64,000 nucleotides of DNA from an uncultured bacterium (GCA_963720265.1 CAVRET010000002.1:264704-328703), one strand, 5' to 3'; positions 37,500 through 48,298 are shown, counted from the stretch's first letter. The notes: generated by a model not told the origin, from the sequence alone. Made by a program: numbers and translations.

Positions 37500-39397
37500 T
37501 GGCCTTTGGACGCAAACACGACGCCGGCTTCCAGGCCAACCAGCTCGAGGAAATGGCACGTCTCCAGGATCAGCACGAGGCCGAGCTCATCTATCGCCAG
37601 GGTATTGTTACCATGCGCGACCTCATCGCACCCCCTAGCCTTGAGATCGAGTCCGGCTACCTCAAACTCGGCAAGCGCTATTGCAAAACCGTCTACGTCT
37701 ACGGCTACCCACGTCAGGTCTTTACCGGCTGGCTGTCGCCGATCATTAACCTCGACGAAATTATCGATATATCACTCTTCATTTATCCGGTTGAAAGCCA
37801 GGTTGTTTTAAGCAACCTGAAGAAAAAAGTCGGCCAGATGGAAGCCAGCTACCAGATCAACGAAGAAAAGGGGAGGGTGCGTGACCCCGGTCTCGAAGCC
37901 GCAATCCAAGACGCTGAAGAACTCCGCGACAAACTGCAAGTGGGGGAGGAGCGCTTTTTCCGTTTCGGCCTCTATCTCACCATGTATGCCGACAACCTTG
38001 AAGACCTTACCCAAGTTTCGCGAAAAATCGAGGGCATTTTCGGCCAATCACTTGTCTATACCAAGCCTGCCACCATGCAAATGGAGCAAGGTTTCAACTC
38101 CTCAATTCCGCAGGCAACCGACCAGCTTCAGATTTATCGCAACATGAATACCGGCTCGCTCTCCACCAGTTTCCCGTTTACCTCAGCCGAGTTGTCTCGC
38201 AACGAAGGCATTCTCTACGGCCTCAACCGCCACAACAACGGCCTCGTGCTGTTTGACCGCTTCTCGCTCGAAAACGCCAACATGGTCGTATTTGCCAAGT
38301 CCGGCGCCGGTAAATCCTTTGCCATCAAACTTGAAGCCCTGCGCAGTCTCATGATGGGCGTTGAAATCATCGTTATCGACCCCGAAAACGAATATGAGCG
38401 ACTGTGTGAGGCCGTTGGCGGCACCTACTTGCGCCTCAGCCTGGCATCTGCCACCCGCATCAACCCATTTGATCTGCCCCGCGTGTTTGACCAGGACGAG
38501 GCTGATAACGCACTCCAAGCCAATATCATTTCGCTCCACGGTCTGCTCCGACTTATGATGGGCGGTGCCACCGTCAACAACACCACCGGCGCCACTACCT
38601 CAACCCCGCTGACGCCGGCTGAGGACGCCGATCTCGATCTCGCCATTATCAATACCTATGCTAGAGCCGGCATCACCAAAGACCCACTCACGCATGGCGC
38701 CACGCCGCCCACAATGAACGACCTCTATAACACTTTGGCCTCGATGTCGGGCAACGGTCCATCCCTCGCTGCCCGCTTGCGCCAATACACCACCGGCACC
38801 TTTTCCGGCATTTTCTCAGAACAGTCCAATGTTGAGATCAACAATCCGTTTTTGGTCTTCAACATCCGCGACCTCGAAGATGAACTCCGCCCAGTCGGCA
38901 TGTACATCGTCCTCAACTATATCTGGAACAAGGTCAAATCTGACCGCCGCCGCCGCCTTCTCATCGTGGACGAGGCCTGGCAGCTCATGAAGTACGACGA
39001 TTCCGCTAACTTCATGTTCTCACTCGCCAAACGCGCTCGCAAATACGCCCTCGGCCTTACGACGATCTCGCAGGACGTTGAAGACTTCTTGGCCAGCAAA
39101 ATGGGCCGCGCCGTGGTTGCCAACTCGTCACTACAGCTCCTGCTCAAGCAAGCACCGTCCGCCGTTGACATCGTCGCCGATACCTTCAAGCTCACCGATG
39201 AAGAGAAAAAACGCTTAAGCCAATTCCCGGTCGGGGAGGGCCTATTCTTCGCCGGCCTTAACCACGTCATCATGCGTGTTCTCGCTTCAGACAACGAGGC
39301 GCAGCTCATTTCCACCACCCCGGCAACTCCGCAGAACGCGTCCGCCGACTATCAATCCGAACCATCGCAAACAGACCAAGAACAGCCCGCATCATAA
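37499..39397 (+). CDS. virB4: VirB4-like T4SS ATPase
   Basis: Walker A AKSGAGKS, IDPENEY, INPFD, Walker B LLIVDEAW, RARKY. Confidence 0.93.
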   Translation: MAFGRKHDAGFQANQLEEMARLQDQHEAELIYRQGIVTMRDLIAPPSLEIESGYLKLGKRYCKTVYVYGYPRQVFTGWLSPIINLDEIIDISLFIYPVESQVVLSNLKKKVGQMEASYQINEEKGRVRDPGLEAAIQDAEELRDKLQVGEERFFRFGLYLTMYADNLEDLTQVSRKIEGIFGQSLVYTKPATMQMEQGFNSSIPQATDQLQIYRNMNTGSLSTSFPFTSAELSRNEGILYGLNRHNNGLVLFDRFSLENANMVVFAKSGAGKSFAIKLEALRSLMMGVEIIVIDPENEYERLCEAVGGTYLRLSLASATRINPFDLPRVFDQDEADNALQANIISLHGLLRLMMGGATVNNTTGATTSTPLTPAEDADLDLAIINTYARAGITKDPLTHGATPPTMNDLYNTLASMSGNGPSLAARLRQYTTGTFSGIFSEQSNVEINNPFLVFNIRDLEDELRPVGMYIVLNYIWNKVKSDRRRRLLIVDEAWQLMKYDDSANFMFSLAKRARKYALGLTTISQDVEDFLASKMGRAVVANSSLQLLLKQAPSAVDIVADTFKLTDEEKKRLSQFPVGEGLFFAGLNHVIMRVLASDNEAQLISTTPATPQNASADYQSEPSQTDQEQPAS

Positions 39398-39487
39398 GCG
39401 TTTTGAATTCCTTCGGATAAGGCATTACAATTTTACTAACCGCTTTAGTGGTTACACCATGATGTGTGAGGTGAGGTTAGCGTAAGT

Positions 39488-42382
39488 ATGGCTGACACGA
39501 GGGATTCCGAACGACTCCGCCGCAGTTCCAGCCGTGGCGCCGGCTTCAATGGTCCGGGCGGTTCAACTCGCCCCGGCACCAGCGGGCCAGGTGATACCAC
39601 ACGTCCGGCCAACCGCAGTGGATTCTCCAGTTCAACTTCTTCCCGGCCCGTCGGTGGCGTAAAGGGTGGATTTGCGCGCCCGTCGGGCACCGGCGGAAGT
39701 CCGCTCGCGAGCACAAACGCCGGCAGTGGCACCAACCTTTCTGACCGCCAGGAAGAACGGTTCAAGCAACTCGACGCCGAAGCTAAGGCCAAACAAGCTA
39801 CTGAGGATGCCGCCCGTGTCGGCCGTAACGAGGAAAAAGACGCAGCTGAATCGGCCAGAAAAATGGCCGGCTCCAATTATGAAAACGCCAGCAATGGCAA
39901 TGCCAAGGCCGGCGAAGAAGCCCGCGACGCCGAAAAAGACGCCGCCTCCGCCCTCAAATCCGGCAGCAAAGCCACCGGAATCAACATGGGCCGCCCCTTA
40001 AGCGACCAGGACTGGGCGCGCCACAGCTCAAATGCTGAGCGCGCCGCCGCCGGCACGACCGGCCAGAATGGTCTCGCCATGAGAACCAACACCGGAGCCG
40101 GTGGTGGCTTCGACCGTGTGCGGGGATTTTTCCGAAGGCACCGTACCGGCACCGTAGTCGGCACCAGCGCCGGAGGCCTATTCCTAGCCGGAATCATGGC
40201 ATTCGCGCTCCTCATTCCGCTCCAGCTCCTCGACATGGCCAATATGATGCTCCACGCCGCCCAGCAAGACGTTGAGCATGAAGTTGATAAGGCCGGCCTC
40301 AAAATTCTCCAAAAAATGATCCAGTCACGGGAAAAAGATCCCGGCGGCACGTTGCAGCACACCGGCCATCCCATTGCCGATGCCATTCACAACGTCACGA
40401 TTAAAAAATTTAACGATGACCTGTACAAAGACGGCATCAAGATAACCTTCGATAAAAGTGGCCGCCTCACCGGCATCGAGTACCTCGACGACTCAAAAAA
40501 CATCGACCTCTCCGACGCCTCATTCACAGCCCGCCGCAGCGCCATCAAAGATTTGGTCTTTGAACGCATCTCGCCGTGGCGGCCGCTGGCTCGCATTCTC
40601 TATACTCGGCGCCTCCAAGCCTGGGCCAACGTATCTTGGCGATTTTGGCCCAAGGAGAAAGTTGCCAACATTGCAAAGCTGATGTGGGAAAAAGTCCGTC
40701 AGGGCGCAACCGTTAATGAAATACAGCAAGAAACCGGTGAATCCGAGCAACAGGCCGCTCAGGAGCAAGCTGCCGCTCAATCCAGTGGCGAAACCGACGC
40801 CACCGGCGATATTGGCGAACTGGAGCAAAAAGTAGATGGCGGTGAACCAAAAACACAGGCCATTAGAGACGTTGTCGCCTCAATTAAGAGTCATCCCGCC
40901 TTTGGGATTACGGGTATGGTTGCGCTCATCTGTATCGTTGAGCAAATCGCCAACAGAGCCGCCACCCATGGTTACGTCCAGCGCGCCGACCTCCTCATGC
41001 GGATGGGCAACTTGATACCAACCATGGCCTCTCAGCTCGTTACCGGCGACGGCATCCTGCAAACCTCTGCGGGTGGCTTCAACATCGACGAGCTCAACCA
41101 GGCCATGCAAGCGTTCCAGGGTGACCCCAAAGCCCCATCAGATTCTCTCGACCGCCTCAGCTGGGCCCAGTCCGCCTCAGCCAGACGCGACATGGGCCTG
41201 CCGGTCAACAGCAACCCCAAGAGCCCCAACTTCAATCCCGACTTTAATGAAGCCGCCAATCCCGACGGCAACGCGCTCGTCAACGTCATTGGCGAGTTCA
41301 CATCCGTATTTAATTCCATTCCAGGCGCCAGCTTCACCTGTAGTATTCTCACCGGCGTATTTGGCACCATTGTCCAGATTGGCCTGCAGATTGTTGAGTT
41401 TGCCGTCAACATTGTCGACGGCGAAACTGAGGAAATCCTTTCCAGCGCTGCCGACGTTGGCATTCAAACCGCGCTCTTTGGCTGGGTCTTACCCAAAGTA
41501 CTGGAGGCCGGCGCCGGTCTTGCGGTTACCGGCAATGAGAATCCCGTTGATATGTTCAACAACGGCCAAGCGGGCTTAAGCCTAGCTTCCGAGCAATTTA
41601 TGCGCTCCATGGGCGGCCGCGAGCTTACCAACACCGAAGAAGCCGATATCAACAATTCAGCCCAAGGCGACCAGTTTAACTACGCCGAATCTCAAGGCTG
41701 GCGCTACAATCTGTTTGCCATCTCCAACCCCAATTCCTTGCTCGCACGCACGGTCATCAATATTCCGGACACGCCCGGTCAGGCCCTAGCCGACATGATG
41801 AACGTCCCGAGTAGCGTCACGCACGGCATGGCCACCGTCTTTCTCGGTATCAGGCCGGCCAGTGCCGATGCCAACAATATAAACCCCTACGGTTGGCAAA
41901 TGTATGGCTTCACCGACGCCGAAATCGACAAATATGACCCCATTGCCAACGAGGATTTCCTGACCCAACCAGTCAAAAAACCGGACGGCACCTACACCAC
42001 CCGTCTCGCCATGCTGGGCGACCCATCGCACTATGTGCCAACCCAAACCGACGATCCCGACCAACAGGATCTCCTCCATTGTTTCGTTGATAAATACTCT
42101 GAGCAGCACAACGGCGACGGCTTTGCCAACCCGAATCCCGGAGATGTCTGCGACGGCCTCGGCCTTGCCACTACCCGCGACGGCAATGAGGTGTTCAATC
42201 CAACCGACCAGCAAATTGTTAACACCATCTACTGCCAGAACAACAATGTCTGCAATCTCCAGCCCAACGACGACTTCCTGCGCTACCGTCTCGAATTGCT
42301 CTACACCGACGTTGTGAGCTCAATGGACTGCGAAACCACAACCGTTGATTGTTTTACCGGAAACGACCCCTATGATGATTAA
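39488..42382 (+). CDS. Large hypothetical membrane protein of the T4SS locus
   Basis: 964-aa ORF; disordered N-terminus, hydrophobic segments, Cys/Asp-rich C-terminus; overlaps the next gene. Confidence 0.8.
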   Translation: MADTRDSERLRRSSSRGAGFNGPGGSTRPGTSGPGDTTRPANRSGFSSSTSSRPVGGVKGGFARPSGTGGSPLASTNAGSGTNLSDRQEERFKQLDAEAKAKQATEDAARVGRNEEKDAAESARKMAGSNYENASNGNAKAGEEARDAEKDAASALKSGSKATGINMGRPLSDQDWARHSSNAERAAAGTTGQNGLAMRTNTGAGGGFDRVRGFFRRHRTGTVVGTSAGGLFLAGIMAFALLIPLQLLDMANMMLHAAQQDVEHEVDKAGLKILQKMIQSREKDPGGTLQHTGHPIADAIHNVTIKKFNDDLYKDGIKITFDKSGRLTGIEYLDDSKNIDLSDASFTARRSAIKDLVFERISPWRPLARILYTRRLQAWANVSWRFWPKEKVANIAKLMWEKVRQGATVNEIQQETGESEQQAAQEQAAAQSSGETDATGDIGELEQKVDGGEPKTQAIRDVVASIKSHPAFGITGMVALICIVEQIANRAATHGYVQRADLLMRMGNLIPTMASQLVTGDGILQTSAGGFNIDELNQAMQAFQGDPKAPSDSLDRLSWAQSASARRDMGLPVNSNPKSPNFNPDFNEAANPDGNALVNVIGEFTSVFNSIPGASFTCSILTGVFGTIVQIGLQIVEFAVNIVDGETEEILSSAADVGIQTALFGWVLPKVLEAGAGLAVTGNENPVDMFNNGQAGLSLASEQFMRSMGGRELTNTEEADINNSAQGDQFNYAESQGWRYNLFAISNPNSLLARTVINIPDTPGQALADMMNVPSSVTHGMATVFLGIRPASADANNINPYGWQMYGFTDAEIDKYDPIANEDFLTQPVKKPDGTYTTRLAMLGDPSHYVPTQTDDPDQQDLLHCFVDKYSEQHNGDGFANPNPGDVCDGLGLATTRDGNEVFNPTDQQIVNTIYCQNNNVCNLQPNDDFLRYRLELLYTDVVSSMDCETTTVDCFTGNDPYDD

Positions 42383-43763
42383 ACTTGCCAGACTGGCCGC
42401 CGTGCTCATACTTAGCATCGCAGGAATAGTGTTGCCCGCAGGCCAGGCGCTCGCTATTCTACCCGAAGACCAGCACTGCGCCCTCGACGGCTATGCCTGC
42501 ACATATTACCTGCAAGATAGTTGTGATTCTACCGACACACCGGATCCTACCGCCACTGGCTCTTCCGCATCCGCCAGCTGTTGCAACAGCTCCAGCCTCT
42601 CCACACAACAGTTCGGACCCGGCAACTTGCCCAGCTATATCAAGCAGCCCTACAACGGTATCTTTACCGCCGCCGGCCAGAAGTATAACGTTGACCCCGC
42701 TGTGCTTGTCGGCATTTTTTACGATGAACAGTATGGTTACCAAAACGCCGTCAGCGCGTTCAATCAGCATGAGATGCCCAATCCACCCCCGCCCTATGGA
42801 TCCGGCCCTGCATGGGCCACGAGCCCAACCGGCGCCCAAGGACCGTTCCAGTTTGAACCCGCAACTTGGGCGGAAGATGGCGTTGACGGTAACGGCGACG
42901 GCATCAAGGATCCCAACGATCTGACCGATGCCGCATTTGGTGCCGCCAACAAACTTGGTAGAGATGGCGCCACCATTCCCGAGACCCAGTCCAAGATTGA
43001 AAACGCCGCCACCGCCTACTCCGGCGGATACCCACAGTACTCCCAAAATGTCTGGACCATCTTCCAAAAGATAAAACAAGACGAAGGCGGCTCAGCCGTC
43101 ACCACGCCGGCCACTAGTGAGGTCCCAGCCCCGTCCGGCAGCACCTGCGGCACAACCACCACCGGCGCCAACATTTACCAAGATCCGTTCCATAACCAAT
43201 CCGGCGTCGGCGCCAGCCGGGTTGATTCCGGCGCCGACCTCTACGCCATCAGCGCCCCGGTTCCCGTCTACGCCATCGGCGATGGCAAAATTGACATCGC
43301 CACCGCTCACGGCACGTTTTATCCGCCAAATCCCGGCTGGATATCATACACGCTCACTGATCCGGCCGGCGCCGCCTACAACAAGGTCGTCTACGTTTCC
43401 GAAGGCTGTCCACCCCAGCCGGACATCATCCCCAGCCCCACCGATCCCCATCCGGCCGTTACGTCCAATACCTTGTTGTGCTACATGCAACCGTCCAGTA
43501 TCGAAATGGGCTGGGCCATGAACGACACCGAACAGCTCGCCATGGCCTACGGTACCTATGTTGAAAGCTACGCCACCATCTACGGTCAAAACTTCACCGA
43601 AATGCTCTACAGCCTCGGCCTGACGGTTAAGGAATGCTACGATCATCCTGGTTCCACCTACCGCTTCAACCCACCGCCACCTGCGCCGCCGGTACCTGCA
43701 AGCCTGCCGCCGGCCTGGATACCCAATCCCGATATCACCAAAGAAGGACCAAACGCATGTTAG
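42372..43763 (+). CDS. Secreted lytic transglycosylase-like protein (VirB1-like) with an M23-like second domain
   Basis: Signal peptide; AAGQKYNVDP..L.GI...E, SPTGAQGPFQF.PATW, DGNGDG..DP..L.DA; GADL....PVYAIGDG. Confidence 0.78.
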   Translation: MMIKLARLAAVLILSIAGIVLPAGQALAILPEDQHCALDGYACTYYLQDSCDSTDTPDPTATGSSASASCCNSSSLSTQQFGPGNLPSYIKQPYNGIFTAAGQKYNVDPAVLVGIFYDEQYGYQNAVSAFNQHEMPNPPPPYGSGPAWATSPTGAQGPFQFEPATWAEDGVDGNGDGIKDPNDLTDAAFGAANKLGRDGATIPETQSKIENAATAYSGGYPQYSQNVWTIFQKIKQDEGGSAVTTPATSEVPAPSGSTCGTTTTGANIYQDPFHNQSGVGASRVDSGADLYAISAPVPVYAIGDGKIDIATAHGTFYPPNPGWISYTLTDPAGAAYNKVVYVSEGCPPQPDIIPSPTDPHPAVTSNTLLCYMQPSSIEMGWAMNDTEQLAMAYGTYVESYATIYGQNFTEMLYSLGLTVKECYDHPGSTYRFNPPPPAPPVPASLPPAWIPNPDITKEGPNAC

Positions 43764-43782
43764 CATATCGGAGAGACCGAAA

Positions 43783-45222
43783 ATGAACCCAAACGCCACG
43801 CCTCAGACCTTAAACCTTCGTGCGCTCATGCTAGCAGTCGGCGGCGCCGTGCTGTTCTTGCTTATCATCTTCTTCGCCATCCGGTTCTTCACCATTGGCC
43901 AGCTCGACATCACAACCAATAGCAGCAACAATTCCATTACCGTTGCGCGCGCCAATGTGGAAAGCCAACCCAGCGGTTTCCCCAAGAAAGCCAAGGGAAA
44001 TCTCTCGCTCTCCCTAAACGCCGGCGAGTACATCGTTGATGTCCAGGGCAACTCCGTGGCCAGCTCGCAAGTCATTGCGGTCACGGCCCACAGTACAGCC
44101 TCCGTCAACATTAGCCCGCCAAATGCAACGGGAGTTGAGCCGGTCACATTCGACAATCCGGTCGACTTCAAAGCCAGTGCCACCCAATTGGTTTACCTCA
44201 ACTCAAACGACGCTAGCGTAAACGAAATCTCAGCGGGCAACGCTGCCACCAAGTTCGGCGCCAGCTATGGTTTCCAAACAGTCCAATGGGCCGACCCCAC
44301 GTTTGGCGTCGCCCAAGACGGCAACGGCAAGCTGTATCTTATCGACGACGGCACCATCAGCCCGCTGAACACCCCGGTCGAGGGCCAAGACGTTGTCTTT
44401 GCCGTCAGCTCCGACCGCACCATTTTTCTAGCCGATGACAACAATGTCTACAGCGGTCACGCCACCGGCGGCTTCAAGCAAATCTATAGCCGACGGCCCG
44501 AAGGCACATCGCTGGCCGCAGGTCCCGGCGGCAAGGTGGCTATTTTTGACGGCGGCGAAAATGAGGAGGACGAAGACACCGGCAATCACGACAAAACCTC
44601 CAGCGACGTTTCCGACGCCGGCCTCATCATAGTCGACAGTGAAGGTAATTCGGTTGAAAAAGACATCGATCCGGTCGACGTCGCTTGGTCGCCAAGCGGC
44701 AATTATCTAGCCGTCAGCACGCAGTCCGGCAGCACGGTACTAAACACCTCACTCGCCCAGATTGCCACCATCCCACAGGCCAACTTTGGCAGCGCCGTCT
44801 GGCTCGACGACAACGTGCTCTATTACAAGCTCCAAGATCAACTTTGGGCCTATAACATGAATGCCGAAGAAGCTCACATCATTGCCAATATGCCGCTTGG
44901 TGAAGCCATTCAGGATCTCAGCCTGTCGACCGACAACGCCTATATATACCTCAGTACCCAGGATGCCAGTGGCAACGTCGCGCTCCGCCGTGTGCCGTTG
45001 CACGGTCAGGGTACGTCAGAGGTGGTGTTCAATCTGCAAGACATCCTGCCGCAATCCGCCGGCGACTACAACTTGGGCCTCACGAACTTTAATGGAACCC
45101 CTACTGTTATAGTCACGCCAGTGGACGGAGTAGCCTCGCAAACGGCGTTGGCTGAAGCCACGCAACAACTTCAATCCGACGGCTTCAATCTAGGCCAGAT
45201 TAATGTCGCACTCAGTCCGTGA
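43783..45222 (+). CDS. Membrane-anchored beta-rich (propeller-like) protein
   Basis: N-terminal TM; AWSPSGNYLAV, WLDD and LSTDNAYIY blade-like motifs. Confidence 0.7.
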   Translation: MNPNATPQTLNLRALMLAVGGAVLFLLIIFFAIRFFTIGQLDITTNSSNNSITVARANVESQPSGFPKKAKGNLSLSLNAGEYIVDVQGNSVASSQVIAVTAHSTASVNISPPNATGVEPVTFDNPVDFKASATQLVYLNSNDASVNEISAGNAATKFGASYGFQTVQWADPTFGVAQDGNGKLYLIDDGTISPLNTPVEGQDVVFAVSSDRTIFLADDNNVYSGHATGGFKQIYSRRPEGTSLAAGPGGKVAIFDGGENEEDEDTGNHDKTSSDVSDAGLIIVDSEGNSVEKDIDPVDVAWSPSGNYLAVSTQSGSTVLNTSLAQIATIPQANFGSAVWLDDNVLYYKLQDQLWAYNMNAEEAHIIANMPLGEAIQDLSLSTDNAYIYLSTQDASGNVALRRVPLHGQGTSEVVFNLQDILPQSAGDYNLGLTNFNGTPTVIVTPVDGVASQTALAEATQQLQSDGFNLGQINVALSP

Positions 45223-45475
45223 GGCTCCCAATCCTGACCGCAAGTCGCGTGCCGTCCAACTGAGTAGCGGCCAGCAGTTCAAGTTGGCGCAATCTCAGCT
45301 CACTTGCCACGCTCGCATTCGGTGTCACCAGCTTGAGCACGCCCTGGTGCAAACTGCGCGCCCGCACCTGGCCTGGATACCGTGCCTCCAGCCACGCCTG
45401 CACGGTTGAGAGCACATCAGCCCGGTCGAACCCCAATTCACGGCGTTTGCGCTCAAAATAGTCGGCCTCAAGCAT
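45212..45475 (-). CDS. DciA/DUF721 family protein
   Basis: GVLKLVTPNASVASELRLRQLELL; directly downstream of recF. Confidence 0.7.
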   Translation of the reverse strand: MLEADYFERKRRELGFDRADVLSTVQAWLEARYPGQVRARSLHQGVLKLVTPNASVASELRLRQLELLAATQLDGTRLAVRIGSLTD

Positions 45476-46559
45476 GTGACACCTCACTTGGCGGCATCGT
45501 ATGTCCAGTCTCAATCACACTATGCGGCCGCGGCCACGCCCGTGTTACGCTATCCGCATTAGTCGTGGTAATAAGCGTTTGGTGGTCATTGAGCCGCTCC
45601 AGCAAATACCCGCGCCGTCTGCCGTCGAGCTCGCTAAACACATCATCAAGCAACAGCACCGGCCGTACCCCGGTTTGCAGTTCGGCATACGCCAGTTCCG
45701 CCAATTTCATTGCCAGCACCACTGTCCGCACTTCACCGCGCGATGCTACGGCCATAATGTCGTTATTCTTGAACGCGACCTTAAAGTCCTCGCGATGCGG
45801 CCCAATGGTTGTAAATCCAGCCGCGAGGTCACGCGGCAAGTTGCGCGTGAGCGTCTCAGCAAACCCTTCAGCATAATCACCGCTCACGCTTGGCATATAG
45901 CTAAATACGACCGGCTCATGACCACCCGCCACATCGGCGTACAAATCCGGCACCATACGGTTTAGCGCCATAATCAGTTCCTGTCGCCGCCGGTAAATTT
46001 CGGTCGCAAGTTCCGCCAAACGCAAATCCCAAGTAAAAATCTGTTCCCGGATTTGCCCAACCTCAAAATTGCTAAGAAGTGCGTTCCGCTGCTTCAGCAC
46101 CCGCCGGTATTGCTGCAACGTAGTAAGGTATGTCCGGTCGGTCTGGCTCAGCAAAAAATCTAGGTACCGCCGCCGCCCCTCCGGCGGACCGGCCACCAGC
46201 TCCAGCTCGGTCGGCTCAAACAGCGTAATTTGCAACGTTCCGACATGCCCGGACAGCGGCCGAGTCACGCCGTCGTGTGTTACTTTCTTGGTCACCGCCC
46301 CGCCAGCCGTACTCATGCCCAATGCATATTCTACGTCGCCCACTCGCGCCACCAACCGAAAGTAGTCCTGCTCGTGCCGCACCAGGTCGCGGTCATGTGC
46401 CCGAAAGCTCTTGGTTACCGCGAGCACATACAGGCTCTCAAGCAAATTGGTTTTACCACTGGCATTTGGCCCGGCCACGATGGTCACATCGGGGTGCAAC
46501 GCAAACTCTGCCTGCTCGTACGAGCGGAAATTCGTTAATGCCAGACCCTCAACCCTCAT
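45468..46559 (-). CDS. recF: DNA replication/repair protein RecF
   Basis: NFRSY, GPNASGKTN, GPHRED, SRGE, LLLDDVFSELD. Confidence 0.97.
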   Translation of the reverse strand: MRVEGLALTNFRSYEQAEFALHPDVTIVAGPNASGKTNLLESLYVLAVTKSFRAHDRDLVRHEQDYFRLVARVGDVEYALGMSTAGGAVTKKVTHDGVTRPLSGHVGTLQITLFEPTELELVAGPPEGRRRYLDFLLSQTDRTYLTTLQQYRRVLKQRNALLSNFEVGQIREQIFTWDLRLAELATEIYRRRQELIMALNRMVPDLYADVAGGHEPVVFSYMPSVSGDYAEGFAETLTRNLPRDLAAGFTTIGPHREDFKVAFKNNDIMAVASRGEVRTVVLAMKLAELAYAELQTGVRPVLLLDDVFSELDGRRRGYLLERLNDHQTLITTTNADSVTRAWPRPHSVIETGHTMPPSEVSHA

Positions 46560-46587
46560 TGTTCTATTGTATCTGATTACAGGGCAC

Positions 46588-46813
46588 AAAAAATTCCAGC
46601 CCGAGTAGCTGAAACGCACCTAAACAGCAGCGAGGCCCGGACGCGTGGATCACATGGATCGCACGCGCCGGGCACAACGTACAAGTGTATGCATCACGTG
46701 CTCCTTCCAGGAGCCTAGACATCCCTATATATAACCTTAAGCTTCGAGCGTTTGGGATTAAAAAACTCCCTCAACTCGCCATACATAATAGAACATTAAG
46801 ATAAAAAAGTCAA
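46588..46813 (-). other. Small transcription unit (sRNA or 14-15 aa peptide) between dnaN and recF
   Basis: TTGACT-17-TATTAT; SD GAAGGAG; mini-ORF 46650..46694; hairpin 46635..46673; U-tailed terminator 46588..46614. Confidence 0.55.
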
Positions 46814-46842
46814 TAAAGCTTAGCCTTACTTGAGCAAAAAAA

Positions 46843-47952
46843 TTAAGTCCGCAACGGCATCACAATGTGTAGGTAATCATCTTTCACATCGTCGCCGGTA
46901 GGGGAGAGTACACACGCGCTCAGCTTGCCACTAATTGCAAACCGCACCTCGGGCGACTTCATTACCGCCAGCGCATCAGTCAGGTAGCGCGCATTCAGCG
47001 AAATCTCACCATCATCACCACTCACGTCGCATTCTGCCGAGCTCGTATTGCCGCCCACCTCGGAATCACTCGTTACGATCTTAACCTCACCCTCAGCCCT
47101 AATCTCAAGCTTTATGCTTCCAGCGCTTTCCCGCGCAAACAAGCTAGCTACCTTGGTGATGCGCGCAAATTCCGCGGTATCAATATCAAATGAGCTCGTC
47201 ATCTTATTCGGAATAATCTGCCGGTAATTAGGAAAGCTGCCGTCAATCAGCCGGCTTACCAGCTCAACGTCACCGACCTTAAACATCACCTGGCCTTCAT
47301 CCAGATACACCTCAACCTCACCCTCGGCCTCGCCCAGCAGCCGCACCAGTTCCATCATGGTCTTTGCCGGGACAATCGCCGAAAGTGGGGCAGACGGCTC
47401 ATCCGTAAGCGTCAACTTCTTTTCCGCCAAGCGGTACGAATCCGTCGCTACAATGTAGAGCGTCTTATCCTCGGTGTACAAATACACGCCGGCCAGCACC
47501 GGCCGTGCCTCATCGGCCGACGCTGCCACAACCACTTGCGTCAGAGCCTCCTTGAGCGTCTCAGCATTCAAGGTCAGAACCGCATCGCTCGTAAGTGTTG
47601 GAATAAGGGGAAATTCGTCGGCTACAATACCGTTAATCTTCGACTCATAATGCGGACTCTTCACGGTTAGTACCGCCTCAGTAGCCGAAAGCTCAATGGT
47701 ACCCTTCGGCAGGCTCGACACAAACTCAGCAAACAGCCGCGCCGGTACCGTCAGTGAGCCCTGCTGCTCAACTTTTGAGCCAATCCAATAATTAATTCCG
47801 ATCTCTAGGTTGGTTGCCGACAGCCTCAGCCGGTTCCCATCGGTCACCAAGAGTACATTCGATAGCACCGGCAAACTAGTCCGGGTCGACACCACTCGGC
47901 CCACACTACTGAGCGCCCGTGCCAGATTTTCCTGGGTCAGACTTAAGCGCAC
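46843..47952 (-). CDS. dnaN: DNA polymerase III beta clamp
   Basis: LPVLSNVL, ATNLE, RPVLAGV, ATDSYRL, LIDGSFPNY, VMPLR. Confidence 0.98.
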   Translation of the reverse strand: MRLSLTQENLARALSSVGRVVSTRTSLPVLSNVLLVTDGNRLRLSATNLEIGINYWIGSKVEQQGSLTVPARLFAEFVSSLPKGTIELSATEAVLTVKSPHYESKINGIVADEFPLIPTLTSDAVLTLNAETLKEALTQVVVAASADEARPVLAGVYLYTEDKTLYIVATDSYRLAEKKLTLTDEPSAPLSAIVPAKTMMELVRLLGEAEGEVEVYLDEGQVMFKVGDVELVSRLIDGSFPNYRQIIPNKMTSSFDIDTAEFARITKVASLFARESAGSIKLEIRAEGEVKIVTSDSEVGGNTSSAECDVSGDDGEISLNARYLTDALAVMKSPEVRFAISGKLSACVLSPTGDDVKDDYLHIVMPLRT

Positions 47953-48240
47953 CTTTTCCCCTTATTAACACTTATTATTTATGACTATTATAGCTATATA
48001 TCTGTAAAACATCATCATAGTAATAGTAATAAGGCTTGTGTAATGTGGGTAAAACTCGCTTTTCCGCTTAAGCTGAGCAATAAAACGCTTATGCCAGTTC
48101 GGGGAAAACTGGTGTGTAACATCGTTGCACGCTGGGCAGAACACTGTGGGTATTCAATCTCGCGTCTGGCCAAGGTGTGCAAAATGCTTATGCACTCCAC
48201 GGTTCATCCCCCAAGTTTCCCCAGACTTCCCAGGATTTGA
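47953..48240 (-). other. Putative oriC unwinding region (DnaA boxes, DnaA-trios, AT-rich tract)
   Basis: Minus strand TTACCCACA-TTACACAA-GCC-TTATTACTATTACTATGATGATG resembles the B. subtilis basal unwinding system; further degenerate boxes near 48146 and 48176. Confidence 0.75.
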
Positions 48241-48298
48241 AATTCCCGGTACATATCGGGTAAGGTGCATGCACCCGGCTCCAGACAGGAGAAAGTGT

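Noticed and set aside
27225-45222. Integrative conjugative element or prophage
   Set aside because: No relaxase, integrase, att sites or phage structural genes; composition and leaderless starts match the core genes.
48125-48298. 58-aa N-terminal extension of the Clp-N ORF
   Set aside because: It overlaps DnaA boxes and the promoter; the SD and homology place the start at 48299.
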